Positions 40,028 to 49,595 of a stretch of DNA of 64,000 nucleotides are shown one piece after another. Made by a program: the position numbers and the translations under genes. Numbering within the stretch: position 1 is the first letter of the stretch; the number at the start of each line of letters is the position of its first letter. The notes beneath the pieces are model-generated. The model saw only the letters and a list, made by a program, of their open reading frames with translations, had not been told where the DNA came from and did not search any database. This DNA comes from a virus (taxonomy: Duplodnaviria; Heunggongvirae; Uroviricota; Caudoviricetes): the IMG/VR virus record IMGVR_UViG_3300042892_003674; one strand, given 5' to 3'.

Positions 40028-40728
40028 GAAAAGTAAAAAGTTATGAAGACTTCTTAAATGAAGAAATCAATTTAAAGAAAGTTTTAGTTGGTGGTGCTTT
40101 AGCGGCAAGTTTAGCTGCATGTGGACCAAATGATAATAAAAGGTCGATTGATATTGAACCTTATGGAACTGAAAGAGTTCAAGAGGTAAAAACTTTTGAC
40201 CAAATTCCAACTACGTTTAATATGGATCAAGAACTACTTACTTTTGGAATGGATATGAATATTACTTCGGGTGGTGACACTTATGGTAAGATAGAAGAAA
40301 GAACTATGAATTGGGGAAGAACATTTGAATTATTTGATAATTCAAATAATAAAATTGCAACAGCTAATGAGGAAGTTCTTAGTTTATATACTGATATAAA
40401 AATTAAGGATGAAAACGGTAAACTTATAGGCTCATTAGAACAAGAAATTATGGATTCAATGTTCTCAATATATTCTATCTATTCGATCAAAGATGCTCAC
40501 GGTAAGGTAATTGGTAAATCAGAGAAGTTAGACTTCTTTACAACTGAGATTGATATAGTTGATAATTCTGGAAATTCGTTAGTTAGTCTAGATAAAGAAT
40601 TTATGTCTATTGGAGATTCTTGGAGTGTTAAGACAAATGGAACACTTGATAATAGGATAGTTGTTTTCATACCTGCATTTGTGAGTGCTGCTCAAGCTGA
40701 TAAAGCATCTGAAAAAAATGATAAATAA
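40024..40728 (+). CDS. LURP-one/scramblase (Tubby C-like) protein with lipobox and CTS-like N-terminus
   Basis: MRKVKSYEDFLNEE-INLKK-VLVGGALAASLAAC; repeats of I-x-D-x-x-G-x-x-IG-x-x-E. Confidence 0.7.
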   Translation: MRKVKSYEDFLNEEINLKKVLVGGALAASLAACGPNDNKRSIDIEPYGTERVQEVKTFDQIPTTFNMDQELLTFGMDMNITSGGDTYGKIEERTMNWGRTFELFDNSNNKIATANEEVLSLYTDIKIKDENGKLIGSLEQEIMDSMFSIYSIYSIKDAHGKVIGKSEKLDFFTTEIDIVDNSGNSLVSLDKEFMSIGDSWSVKTNGTLDNRIVVFIPAFVSAAQADKASEKNDK

Positions 40729-41513
40729 TGAAACATTTAAGAACATATAAAACATTTGAAAAAAACACTATTAAAGGTGGTAAGTCTGATAACTTGTCTG
40801 TAGAAGATATTGCTAAAAAGTTTAATGTTCCGGTTTCCAAAATAAAAAATCAATTAGATTTAGGAATCAAAGTTGAATCCGAACATACTGATAGTAAAGA
40901 ACAACAAAGAGAGATTGCTATGGACCACTTAGCTGAAATTCCAGATTATTATGATAGATTAAAAAAGATGGAAGATCAAGGTGAGAAAACATTTGAAGAG
41001 ATACATATACACGATAGATGGGAACAACAATCTATTGAAGAAGAAGATATAAAACAATTCGCAGAAACTTTATTTGTAAATCTATTAGATGATGGATTCA
41101 CAGTAGAAACTAGTGTTATTTATAGTGAGTATTCACAAGTATCATTACCACATAAAACAAATGCCATAATGGATAATCCTAAGAAATATGTAGAATTAAG
41201 AATTAGAAACGTTTCTGGAAGTGCGGCAGGAGATTATGGTAGTGAATTTCTTTCAGGTGTTAAGTATTCATATATTTCAAATGAAGTACAAACATTTGTA
41301 GATTATATGAAACGTAAGTGGAAAATAATAGATGTTACTTATGAATATGAAGAACTATTACCAGATGAAAATATAGGTGCATATACTAAAGTAATAAAAA
41401 AATCAAAAGAACCTTCTAAAAATGCTGAATTTTTTAACGGTAAATTTAACTTAACAATTAAACAATTAGATAAAGAACCTAATATGTTCCAACGTTTCAT
41501 CAAAAGATTTTAA
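40728..41513 (+). CDS. DUF5661-like protein with CTS-like N-terminus
   Basis: MKHLRTYKTFE; GIKVESEHT...EIAMDHLAEIPDYYDRLKKME. Confidence 0.65.
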   Translation: MKHLRTYKTFEKNTIKGGKSDNLSVEDIAKKFNVPVSKIKNQLDLGIKVESEHTDSKEQQREIAMDHLAEIPDYYDRLKKMEDQGEKTFEEIHIHDRWEQQSIEEEDIKQFAETLFVNLLDDGFTVETSVIYSEYSQVSLPHKTNAIMDNPKKYVELRIRNVSGSAAGDYGSEFLSGVKYSYISNEVQTFVDYMKRKWKIIDVTYEYEELLPDENIGAYTKVIKKSKEPSKNAEFFNGKFNLTIKQLDKEPNMFQRFIKRF

Positions 41514-41560
41514 AACTTTTTAACATTTTTCTTTTATAAATAAAAAATAGTATTATATTT

Positions 41561-42106
41561 ATGTCTGAAAAAACAGAAAAAGTCATTATACTTGGCAAAT
41601 CCGGTTCGGGGAAAGATTTCTTAATGAGAAAATTGACAGAGAAAGGTATGAAACCTTGTCTAAAGTGGACCACAAGACCTATAAGAAAATTTGAAAAACA
41701 AGGAGTAAATTATAATTTTGTAAATGAAGAGCTATTTCTTCAAACTATAAACGAAGATAAGTTTTTATCTTGTCAAAAATTTGAAGTAACCCCAGAAGAT
41801 TCAGAGCCACAAACTTGGTACTACGGTATTACCCTTGAAGAGTTTCATAAATCAGATATTTTTATTATGACACCTGGTGAGTTTAGAGATTTACCTGTAG
41901 AATTAAGAAAAGGTTGTTGTGTTGTTTATTTGAACATAGACAGAGAAACAAGAGAGAAACGACTACATAATAGGAAAGATAAAAATGATTCAATACAACG
42001 AAGATTAGACGCAGATGATGAAGATTTTAAAGAAAGTTTTGATTATGATTTAGGAATTACAGACCCCGACTTTGGAGCAGATGATGTTTATTCACTAATA
42101 GATTAA
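41561..42106 (+). CDS. gmk: guanylate kinase-like protein
   Basis: GKSGSGKD, TTRPIR, GVNYNFV, WYYG, IQRRL. Confidence 0.8.
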   Translation: MSEKTEKVIILGKSGSGKDFLMRKLTEKGMKPCLKWTTRPIRKFEKQGVNYNFVNEELFLQTINEDKFLSCQKFEVTPEDSEPQTWYYGITLEEFHKSDIFIMTPGEFRDLPVELRKGCCVVYLNIDRETREKRLHNRKDKNDSIQRRLDADDEDFKESFDYDLGITDPDFGADDVYSLID

Positions 42107-42133
42107 AAAAGAGAGCAAATTGCTCTCTTTTTT
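42105..42133. terminator. bidirectional terminator, GAGAGC family
   Basis: A6-GAGAGC-AAATT-GCTCTC-T6. Confidence 0.85.
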
Positions 42134-42854
42134 ATTTTGGTTCTATTTTTCCTTCAAATGATAGTCCTTTTAATTGACCATTGATTGTGTTGCAAATAAC
42201 TTCTGATCCATTGACTGTATTTTCTAAAATTGACATAATAATATTTAGTATAGAATAAACTTTTAATAAATTTTTATCACTATCATAAAATTGTGATGAA
42301 CATATACCTTCAACTAAGTCAATAGTTAGTAAAATATTATCATTATTCTTAACTTTCATTTTTTCGATAATAATCGGTGTTATACCTACTTCAACCATCT
42401 CTCTCTCATAATCATAAACTGTTTGATTTATTAAGTTAAGAAATGATTTAAGTATTTGAGGCTCATCCATTTTTTCATATGATTTATCAGATACAAACTT
42501 TTCAATATTTCTTTTATAGTTTTTTAAAAATATTGTTAGATATTTTCTAAATACAACAGTTCTATATTCCGTTGAGAATTGAAATGTAGGAACTTTTGAA
42601 TAAGTCCAAAAGTCAATATAATTAAATATATCATGATTTTCAATATCAGATACATTTATCTTTCTTACAGAAGCTTCAACATTTTTTATCTTATTTGACA
42701 TAAACTTATCCATAAACCAATCAGATACCTTACCCATTAAAGTACCAAACCAGTCACTTTTAATTAGTGTATAAATACCAAATAAAAATGATGATAATAT
42801 AACACCTTTTATTCCATGTTTCTCAATAAGTGTAACCAAGTCAGTAAAGTTCAT
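42132..42854 (-). CDS. hypothetical protein with N-terminal membrane anchor
   Basis: TM segment GVILSSFLFGIYTLI. Confidence 0.7.
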   Translation of the reverse strand: MNFTDLVTLIEKHGIKGVILSSFLFGIYTLIKSDWFGTLMGKVSDWFMDKFMSNKIKNVEASVRKINVSDIENHDIFNYIDFWTYSKVPTFQFSTEYRTVVFRKYLTIFLKNYKRNIEKFVSDKSYEKMDEPQILKSFLNLINQTVYDYEREMVEVGITPIIIEKMKVKNNDNILLTIDLVEGICSSQFYDSDKNLLKVYSILNIIMSILENTVNGSEVICNTINGQLKGLSFEGKIEPK

Positions 42855-42984
42855 TCATTATAATTATTTTCTGTTAGTTATATATAAAGATCCGAAACTA
42901 AAAAAGATAAAACTGTGTGTTTTTATTGAATTTTGAGTTAGTGAATAAAATAATTTAATATATAATAAAAATTAAATAAACATT

Positions 42985-43311
42985 ATGAGTTTAAGACAAA
43001 ATATAAATAAAGTTCACTTTGATCTTACAAATAGATTTGAAGAAGTAACTATTACTGAGAAGACTGATTTAAAGCTAGGTCACTACTTTGAACTATCAAT
43101 ATTAGAAAATAATAAAGAAGTTAAAGTTATTCTTAGAAAGACTGAAGTAGAAAAAAATGTATTTGAATGGTCTTATTTTTCAAATCCATTAAGTGAGAGT
43201 TCTGACTTAGTAGAAAGAAGTTCAAAAATTGAGATGTTTTCATTAGACATTCAAGAAATTATAGAGAAAAATAGATTTGATTCTGATTATCTTAACAAAA
43301 TAAATAACTAA
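42985..43311 (+). CDS. hypothetical protein
   Basis: 108-aa ORF before the baseplate gene. Confidence 0.7.
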   Translation: MSLRQNINKVHFDLTNRFEEVTITEKTDLKLGHYFELSILENNKEVKVILRKTEVEKNVFEWSYFSNPLSESSDLVERSSKIEMFSLDIQEIIEKNRFDSDYLNKINN

Positions 43312-43316
43312 TAAAA

Positions 43317-45041
43317 ATGCTGAATTTTACTGCAATAACATTTACTAATATTAAGTTTGAGATAGAGAACTATTTAAAAAGTGAATATAACAAAGCTAAT
43401 ATACTTTTCTCACCTGCTTCTCCATACGGTCAAATATTGTCTGTTATTGAGAATTTACATCAATTGTCATTTATGTATTTAAAGAATACTATTGATAAAC
43501 TTGATTTGAGTATAGTAAACTCAAGTAATGAAAGAGTTATTAGAAATGCGGCACTTCTAGCAGGGCATATTCCTGGTAGAGGTATTTCTGCAACTGGTAC
43601 TTTAAGATTTACTTTAAAATCATCTGTTGATATTCCAACAGATATACCTGGTAGTAGAATTACATTGATAAACAAGACATTACTTAAAAATAAAACAAAT
43701 TCTTTAGATTATTCATTAAATTTAGGTTCAGATACTATTACACATAGAATAACACCAAATTATCAATTTTTCTTACCAATTATACAAGGTAAGTGGGAAA
43801 CTAAATTTTATACTGGTACTGGTGCATTTCTACAAACATTAGGTGTTAAAGAATTAGGAAGAAAAGATATAGAGAACTTTAATATAGAAGTTTCTGTAAA
43901 TGGAACTCTAATGTCATTAAAAAAACATATATGGGATATGTTACCAGATGAAATGGCTTGTGTTGTTAGGACGGGTTTTGATGGTGGTATTGATATTGTT
44001 TTTGGTAATGAAGGTTTTGGTTATATTCCACCGATTGGTTCATCAATTCAAGTAAAATACTTAATTACAGATGGTTCATTAGGTAATATTTTTAGAAGAA
44101 CATTAAATGACTTTAAGTTTATAGATGATATTTTAGGTGCGGATGGAGAAACAATAAATGTTGATAAAGTATTTAATGTTGAGATTTACACAGATATAAA
44201 TTTTGGTGCAGATAAGGAAAGTTTATTATTTACTAAAAATATTCTACCAATTGCAAGTAATAATTTTGTTCTAGGATTACCACAACAATATGCTTATGCT
44301 ATAAAAAGACTAGGTGTTTTTTCACACGTAAACGCATATGAGAGTACTGGAACTATTTTTATAGTTGCTACTCCAAACATTAGATTATTTAAAAATCAAA
44401 ATGCGGATTACTTTACAATTGATATAAGAGCATTTGATTTAGATAATTATGAGAAATCAAAAATTGATAAGTATTTAAGAACAGGTGGTAATATCCAACT
44501 AACAAGAAAATACAAAGTAGTTTCTCCAAAAATTTCATATTATATAATGAATGTTTTTGTAATTAGTTATTCTGATACAACTGATGACTCGGTAAATGCA
44601 CAAATATTAGATAGAATATCTAATTACTTCTTGGATCTATCAAGAATCGATAGAGTTCCTAAACTAGATATTATTAGAGAGTTATCATCAATTACTGATA
44701 TTCACTCGGTTGATATTCAATTTGTGTCTAAAAAGAATGAGGATTATCACAATGAGAACATTACAATGGCTTCTAATAAAGTAAACAAATATGCTTCTAG
44801 TTTCAATACGGATATATCTACTGCTACATTAGTTCCTGGTTACAATCCTTATAGTGTTGTTGGACTAGATCCTGTTTTAGGAGACATTATATTTGAACCA
44901 AATGAAATACCTGTAATAAGAGGTGGTTGGTTTGATAGAAATGGTGTTTATTATTCAGATAGTATTGATGGTACTGGACTACGTTCAGTAAATATCATTA
45001 AGAAAGGCACAGTCGATTCAAAAAATAGACCTAATGTATAA
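43317..45041 (+). CDS. baseplate wedge subunit (T4 gp6-like)
   Basis: F.NIK.EI.NYL N-terminus, A.LAGHIP.R.ISATG, IIQG, IVFGNEGFG.IP, YLITDG..GN, GADKES. Confidence 0.8.
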   Translation: MLNFTAITFTNIKFEIENYLKSEYNKANILFSPASPYGQILSVIENLHQLSFMYLKNTIDKLDLSIVNSSNERVIRNAALLAGHIPGRGISATGTLRFTLKSSVDIPTDIPGSRITLINKTLLKNKTNSLDYSLNLGSDTITHRITPNYQFFLPIIQGKWETKFYTGTGAFLQTLGVKELGRKDIENFNIEVSVNGTLMSLKKHIWDMLPDEMACVVRTGFDGGIDIVFGNEGFGYIPPIGSSIQVKYLITDGSLGNIFRRTLNDFKFIDDILGADGETINVDKVFNVEIYTDINFGADKESLLFTKNILPIASNNFVLGLPQQYAYAIKRLGVFSHVNAYESTGTIFIVATPNIRLFKNQNADYFTIDIRAFDLDNYEKSKIDKYLRTGGNIQLTRKYKVVSPKISYYIMNVFVISYSDTTDDSVNAQILDRISNYFLDLSRIDRVPKLDIIRELSSITDIHSVDIQFVSKKNEDYHNENITMASNKVNKYASSFNTDISTATLVPGYNPYSVVGLDPVLGDIIFEPNEIPVIRGGWFDRNGVYYSDSIDGTGLRSVNIIKKGTVDSKNRPNV

Positions 45042-45286
45042 TGTTATATCAAAGAAAACAATTACCTGAGTTATATTATATTAAACATAGACATGATACT
45101 GATCAAGATTTTGTAGATTATGAGAAAAATATCCTAAATAAATCCTTATCACCTTATATGTATGAGAATAATATGATGAATGGATTTTTAACAAGGTTAC
45201 AACCACTGGTTGCACTTCTATTTGATCAGATGAATATAGTTAAAAACTTCAAAAACTATATGGTTGATAAAGATTGGTATAAATAA
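45041..45286 (+). CDS. small putative baseplate protein
   Basis: Translationally coupled to the gp6-like gene. Confidence 0.55.
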   Translation: MLYQRKQLPELYYIKHRHDTDQDFVDYEKNILNKSLSPYMYENNMMNGFLTRLQPLVALLFDQMNIVKNFKNYMVDKDWYK

Positions 45287-45352
45287 TATTGAAAAATAAA
45301 GAAAACCATTTATAATATATAATATATAATAGACAAACAAAAAGTAAATAAC

Positions 45353-45991
45353 ATGGCAGATAGTAAAAAAATAGTAGGCTTTAAGAAGTTTTCAGATATT
45401 AAAGCTAATTCTAGTAAAATAGAAGAAGTTGATCCTTCATTGGATTTGGCTCCTGAGACTGATTCTGACAGACCAATGATTCCTAATGTATCATCTACTA
45501 CTAAAAAAGTAGAGAAACCTATATCTCAAAAGAATATTCAACCAACAGAACATGATGATGATTTTGAGCAAGATGAGGAGAATGATGAATATCCAGAAGG
45601 ACTTCCTAAAAATGAAGATGTAAAAACATACGGTAGAGTTGCAAGATTCCCTAAAAATGTTCAAGCTTCAAAAGCATTTAACTTTCTTGAGAATGTTAAG
45701 GTATCAAAAAAATCTATTTGGTACATTATGGTTGAGAAATTAGATAATGAACTTCAAATGGTTAAATATAATCATAAAGAAGGAGTTGATCTTAATAAAT
45801 TTGTAAATGAATTAAAATCATACTATATTACTAAATATAAAGATCCTAAGATTAAAAGTCTTATTGAATCAATTTATGTTGATGGTAATGATAAATATTC
45901 AATGGTTAAAAATATACCTTTAGTAGAAGTTGAGGGTAAAAAATTGATTACTAAAATCACAGAAGATTTGATAAAATTATTAAGTAAATAA
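45353..45991 (+). CDS. hypothetical protein
   Basis: KIVGFKKFSD N-terminus, acidic linker. Confidence 0.75.
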   Translation: MADSKKIVGFKKFSDIKANSSKIEEVDPSLDLAPETDSDRPMIPNVSSTTKKVEKPISQKNIQPTEHDDDFEQDEENDEYPEGLPKNEDVKTYGRVARFPKNVQASKAFNFLENVKVSKKSIWYIMVEKLDNELQMVKYNHKEGVDLNKFVNELKSYYITKYKDPKIKSLIESIYVDGNDKYSMVKNIPLVEVEGKKLITKITEDLIKLLSK

Positions 45992-46327
45992 ATGAAAAAC
46001 CTATTATCATTTGACCTTTTTGAAGGTAAAGCTGAGAAAGCATCTAAAAATCCTTATGGAAATAAAACTAAAGAGGATAAAAAAGATCAATTAAGAAAAG
46101 CAGTTGAAGATCATATCAAGACTAAAGATTGTAAAGCTAAACAAGTTGGTGATGATTTTGAAATTCATTGTGATCAAAAACAAAAACATATTGGACAAGT
46201 TATGTTCCGTAATGATGTAATAACTGTTAAGAAAAAAGGAGAAAAATTCGGTGAAGAATTTAAGTATAATGAATTAGGTAAAATTAAAGCAGAAATAACT
46301 TCAGTTATCAAAGACTGTTGTGAATAA
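45992..46327 (+). CDS. putative capsid-packaged protein (CTS-like N-terminus)
   Basis: MKNLLSFDLFE. Confidence 0.7.
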   Translation: MKNLLSFDLFEGKAEKASKNPYGNKTKEDKKDQLRKAVEDHIKTKDCKAKQVGDDFEIHCDQKQKHIGQVMFRNDVITVKKKGEKFGEEFKYNELGKIKAEITSVIKDCCE

Positions 46328-46344
46328 TAAATAGAAAGAACCAC

Positions 46345-46400
46345 ACTAGAAAGAGTATTTCTAGTCAGACACCACTTGAAAAAGTGGTGTTTCTTTTTTT
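46345..46400 (+). terminator. tandem hairpins ending in a terminator
   Basis: ACTAGAAA/TTTCTAGT, then ACACCACTT-GAAA-AAGTGGTGT and a T-run. Confidence 0.7.
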
Positions 46401-46411
46401 ATATATAATGT

Positions 46412-47152
46412 ATGGATAAATTAAAAAGACTTTATAACTATCTTAAAAAGAATAATAAAAAGAAAATTCTTTTCCTAACTACATCTAATAGATGGGAGGG
46501 AGACAAAGAACTACCTAAATCATCCATAATTGCGGATGAATTGATAAAGAAATTAGGTTCTGACAATATTACTCTTATTAATGTTTCAAAACTTAAAATA
46601 TTTCCGTGTGAGGGAAATGTATCAACTAAAAGGGGAAATACCTGTGGTCTTAAACAAGCAAAGCTAGATGATAGAATAAAAAATCCTACAGGAGATATTA
46701 GATGTTGGGCGGCATTGAATAATAAAACTGATGAGATGTACAAAGTGGCAAATGCTATTTTTGATGCAGATATAATAATATTTTTTGGATCTATACGTTG
46801 GGGTAAAATGAATTCTATTTACGGTGAATTGATTGAAAGATTAACTTGGTTAGAGAACAGACATGCAACTCTTGGGGAGTCTAATTTATTAAAAAATAAA
46901 GAATGTGGTATTATTGCAACTGGTCACAATTGGAATGGTAAAGAAGCAATAAAATTAGAAAAAGAAGTATTGGGATTCTTTGGATTTAAGACACCTGATA
47001 TTCTATCATTTAATTGGCAATGGACTAAAGATAAGTTTGATGAAAGTAAGAAAGGTTATCTTGAAGATTTTGGTGACTTTCTAAAGGAGTTTGATTTCGT
47101 AGAAACACTTAATGAAAGTATAATTAGATTTAAAGAATGGATGAAAAAATAA
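46412..47152 (+). CDS. flavodoxin-like NAD(P)H-dependent FMN reductase family protein
   Basis: ILFLTTSNR, IFPCEG..S....C, DEM...ADIIIFFGSIRWG, LIERL. Confidence 0.8.
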   Translation: MDKLKRLYNYLKKNNKKKILFLTTSNRWEGDKELPKSSIIADELIKKLGSDNITLINVSKLKIFPCEGNVSTKRGNTCGLKQAKLDDRIKNPTGDIRCWAALNNKTDEMYKVANAIFDADIIIFFGSIRWGKMNSIYGELIERLTWLENRHATLGESNLLKNKECGIIATGHNWNGKEAIKLEKEVLGFFGFKTPDILSFNWQWTKDKFDESKKGYLEDFGDFLKEFDFVETLNESIIRFKEWMKK

Positions 47153-47180
47153 AAATCACTCAAATGAGTGATTTTTTTTT
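47151..47180. terminator. bidirectional terminator
   Basis: AAAAATCACTC-AAAT-GAGTGATTTTT. Confidence 0.8.
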
Positions 47181-47598
47181 ATACTTTTAAAGAATTTAGT
47201 TTTTGAACTTCTCTATTATATCTAGCGGTTTCTTTTTGAACTTCACTATCTATATGTTGATTCCATTTTTCACTTATATCAATAACTACAAAGGCATATT
47301 GTGAAGTGTCAAAATTAAAAGATGTTGTCCATCTTCCATTTAGTATATAACCCTCTACTAATCTCATTGACTTACCTGAGTATTTAATATTTATTTTAGC
47401 ACATTCTCTACTTGCACCACCTAAAGTTTTATAAGCCTTTGTATGTAAGCTAATTTCTTTTTTAAGTTTACCATTTTTATTCCAAATAAACTCAAATGGT
47501 ATATCAAAAACTTCATCAGAGTCACTTAATAGTGACCCTAACTTAGCTTCTCTTTGTGCTGCTTTACTTACTATTGCTAGTGTATACATTTTACCCAT
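47179..47598 (-). CDS. hypothetical protein with N-terminal RExKL motif
   Basis: QREAKLGSLL near the N-terminus. Confidence 0.7.
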   Translation of the reverse strand: MGKMYTLAIVSKAAQREAKLGSLLSDSDEVFDIPFEFIWNKNGKLKKEISLHTKAYKTLGGASRECAKINIKYSGKSMRLVEGYILNGRWTTSFNFDTSQYAFVVIDISEKWNQHIDSEVQKETARYNREVQKLNSLKV

Positions 47599-48773
47599 TA
47601 TTTAAAGAATTGTCCGTTCATTTCAATTTTTTGTAAATCTTCTGGAGTAAATGCGGTAGGATTACTTTTAACAGCATTAGTTATTTGAACGTAAACCTTT
47701 TTAGCTTCATCTGCACGTCCTGTGTAGAAACAAGCTGCAGCATGTGCCTCTGCAAATTTCCAAACGTAAAGAGATTCATCTACGAATAATAACTTTTTTG
47801 GATAAGGATTTTTATTATGAAAGTTTTCATAAGCAAACTTAGTATATAAGTAAGCTAAGTGCCATTCTCCAACTTGTAAGTAATAATCAATAATTGTTTT
47901 AATTGATTCACCTCTTAAAGGATCAACTGCATATGCTTTCAAACATTGTTGTAATGTTAGACTCCAAGGTTGTTCTAAAGTTCTCATAATAGTACCCATA
48001 CGGTAGTGTGAATAATATATTTCTTCAATATATCCATCAGTTCTCTCAGTTCTTTCTTTATAATATTTTAAAGAACGTCTTAGTCTTTCTTCATTTTCTT
48101 CCTTGTTATCTGGAATAGATGCTGAGTCATGGTATGATTGTGCAGTATAGAAAATCCATCTTGGATCTTGACGACTTTCATTTATATAAGCTTCTAATTT
48201 ATGTGAGTGTGATAAATATTTTTCTGATACTTTACCTTGCCAAGAAGCACCATCCATACTTACGTTTACTGCAATACCTGCTGCTAAACCAGAAGTAATG
48301 TTTTGATCATCACATACAATAAACTCGTGGATCGGTCCATACCAGCGAAACGGTTTAGAAACTTTAAAGAAAGTATTTCTTGTGTATTTCATTTGACCAA
48401 TATAAGTATTGATCATATAAAGATCTGCAGTGAATTGATTTTTGTTAAAAGTTGGTTCGATAAGTAAATTCTCATCACAGTCAAACCAATATCCGTGTAC
48501 CTTATCTGCATCCCACTTTAACTCAGCGACAACTTCTCTAAGTTTTTCCATTGCCCAAGTTCTACTTTTTTCAAAGTCATCAAAAGGTCTTTCAAAGACA
48601 TATGTTGGTATATTATTTTCTTCACCAAATTTTCGGATCATATCTTGTGTTCCATCAGTAGAACCTGTGTCATTTACAACAATCAAATCTGTTATTGTTT
48701 TGGCACTATTAAGCATTCTTTCAATTACATGTGATTCATTTTTACATATAAAATTTAAGGCTAATTTCCCCAT
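47598..48773 (-). CDS. GT2 glycosyltransferase with TPR-like C-terminus
   Basis: ICKNES, VNDTGSTDGT, DCDE, WYGPIHE, FYTAQSY helical repeats. Confidence 0.85.
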   Translation of the reverse strand: MGKLALNFICKNESHVIERMLNSAKTITDLIVVNDTGSTDGTQDMIRKFGEENNIPTYVFERPFDDFEKSRTWAMEKLREVVAELKWDADKVHGYWFDCDENLLIEPTFNKNQFTADLYMINTYIGQMKYTRNTFFKVSKPFRWYGPIHEFIVCDDQNITSGLAAGIAVNVSMDGASWQGKVSEKYLSHSHKLEAYINESRQDPRWIFYTAQSYHDSASIPDNKEENEERLRRSLKYYKERTERTDGYIEEIYYSHYRMGTIMRTLEQPWSLTLQQCLKAYAVDPLRGESIKTIIDYYLQVGEWHLAYLYTKFAYENFHNKNPYPKKLLFVDESLYVWKFAEAHAAACFYTGRADEAKKVYVQITNAVKSNPTAFTPEDLQKIEMNGQFFK

Positions 48774-48858
48774 TTAATTAAATTATTTTTTAATTATAGA
48801 AGAAAAGGAAAATAAGTTTTATTATTTAATATATAGTTTAATAAAAAGTTTGTATATT

Positions 48859-49290
48859 ATGAAATATTTAAAAATGTTTAATGAAATGTTAGATCCAATG
48901 GGAAGTTGGAATCCTAGTCAATTAGATAATAAAGAGGATGAGTACGATGGAGTACCTTCAAGTTATGATGAGGATGGTGAAATTATTATTGAAGATGATG
49001 CAGATGATTTTTGTACTAAATGTGATTGTATACCTTGTCAATGTACTGATGAAGAATATGATGAGGATTTAAGAGAGAATAGTAATAGAGGAACTTTTGG
49101 TTACTTTAATACAATGACTAAAGAAGAACTACTTGATTATCAAAAGAATTTTGAACATGATTTTGAAAATCCTGCTGAACACGATCCAGAATATGTAGCT
49201 TGGAAAACAGCGTGTGAACTTAAAGGATGTTTTGAAAGAGAACCATTTGCACGTACTAGAAAAGAAAGTGAGTTTCCTAGTAAATACTAA
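48859..49290 (+). CDS. acidic protein with CTS-like N-terminus and Cys cluster
   Basis: MKYLKMFNE (start re-called); CTKCDCIPCQC. Confidence 0.7.
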   Translation: MKYLKMFNEMLDPMGSWNPSQLDNKEDEYDGVPSSYDEDGEIIIEDDADDFCTKCDCIPCQCTDEEYDEDLRENSNRGTFGYFNTMTKEELLDYQKNFEHDFENPAEHDPEYVAWKTACELKGCFEREPFARTRKESEFPSKY

Positions 49291-49291
49291 C

Positions 49292-49318
49292 AAAAAAGAG
49301 AGCTAATGCTCTCTTTTT
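49292..49318. terminator. bidirectional terminator, GAGAGC family
   Basis: A6-GAGAGC-TAAT-GCTCTC-T5. Confidence 0.85.
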
Positions 49319-49595
49319 ATTTTAAAATTTCGTTTATTTTTATATCACGTAAAGCTTTTCTACTTATCATATAACTTTTATGAACTTTTATAATTTGATT
49401 CCAACCTATACCATCTAATGAATGTGTTGCAACAAACAAATCATCATAAGTTATAGATTTTATAGTATATTCAACATCATCTTTTATTGATCTTGGATGT
49501 CCTCTAGAGTTTCTTCTAAAACAGATTACTTTATCACCTACTTTATAATCAACACTACCATTTTTTATATGTCCTATTAAGTTCCCAGTATCCAT
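49317..49595 (-). CDS. SH3-like hypothetical protein with C-terminal motif
   Basis: YKVGDKV; ends LRDIKINEILK. Confidence 0.7.
   Translation of the reverse strand: MDTGNLIGHIKNGSVDYKVGDKVICFRRNSRGHPRSIKDDVEYTIKSITYDDLFVATHSLDGIGWNQIIKVHKSYMISRKALRDIKINEILK

Noticed and set aside
42132-42854. Holin
   Set aside because: It has only one TM segment and no adjacent endolysin or spanin, which is insufficient evidence.
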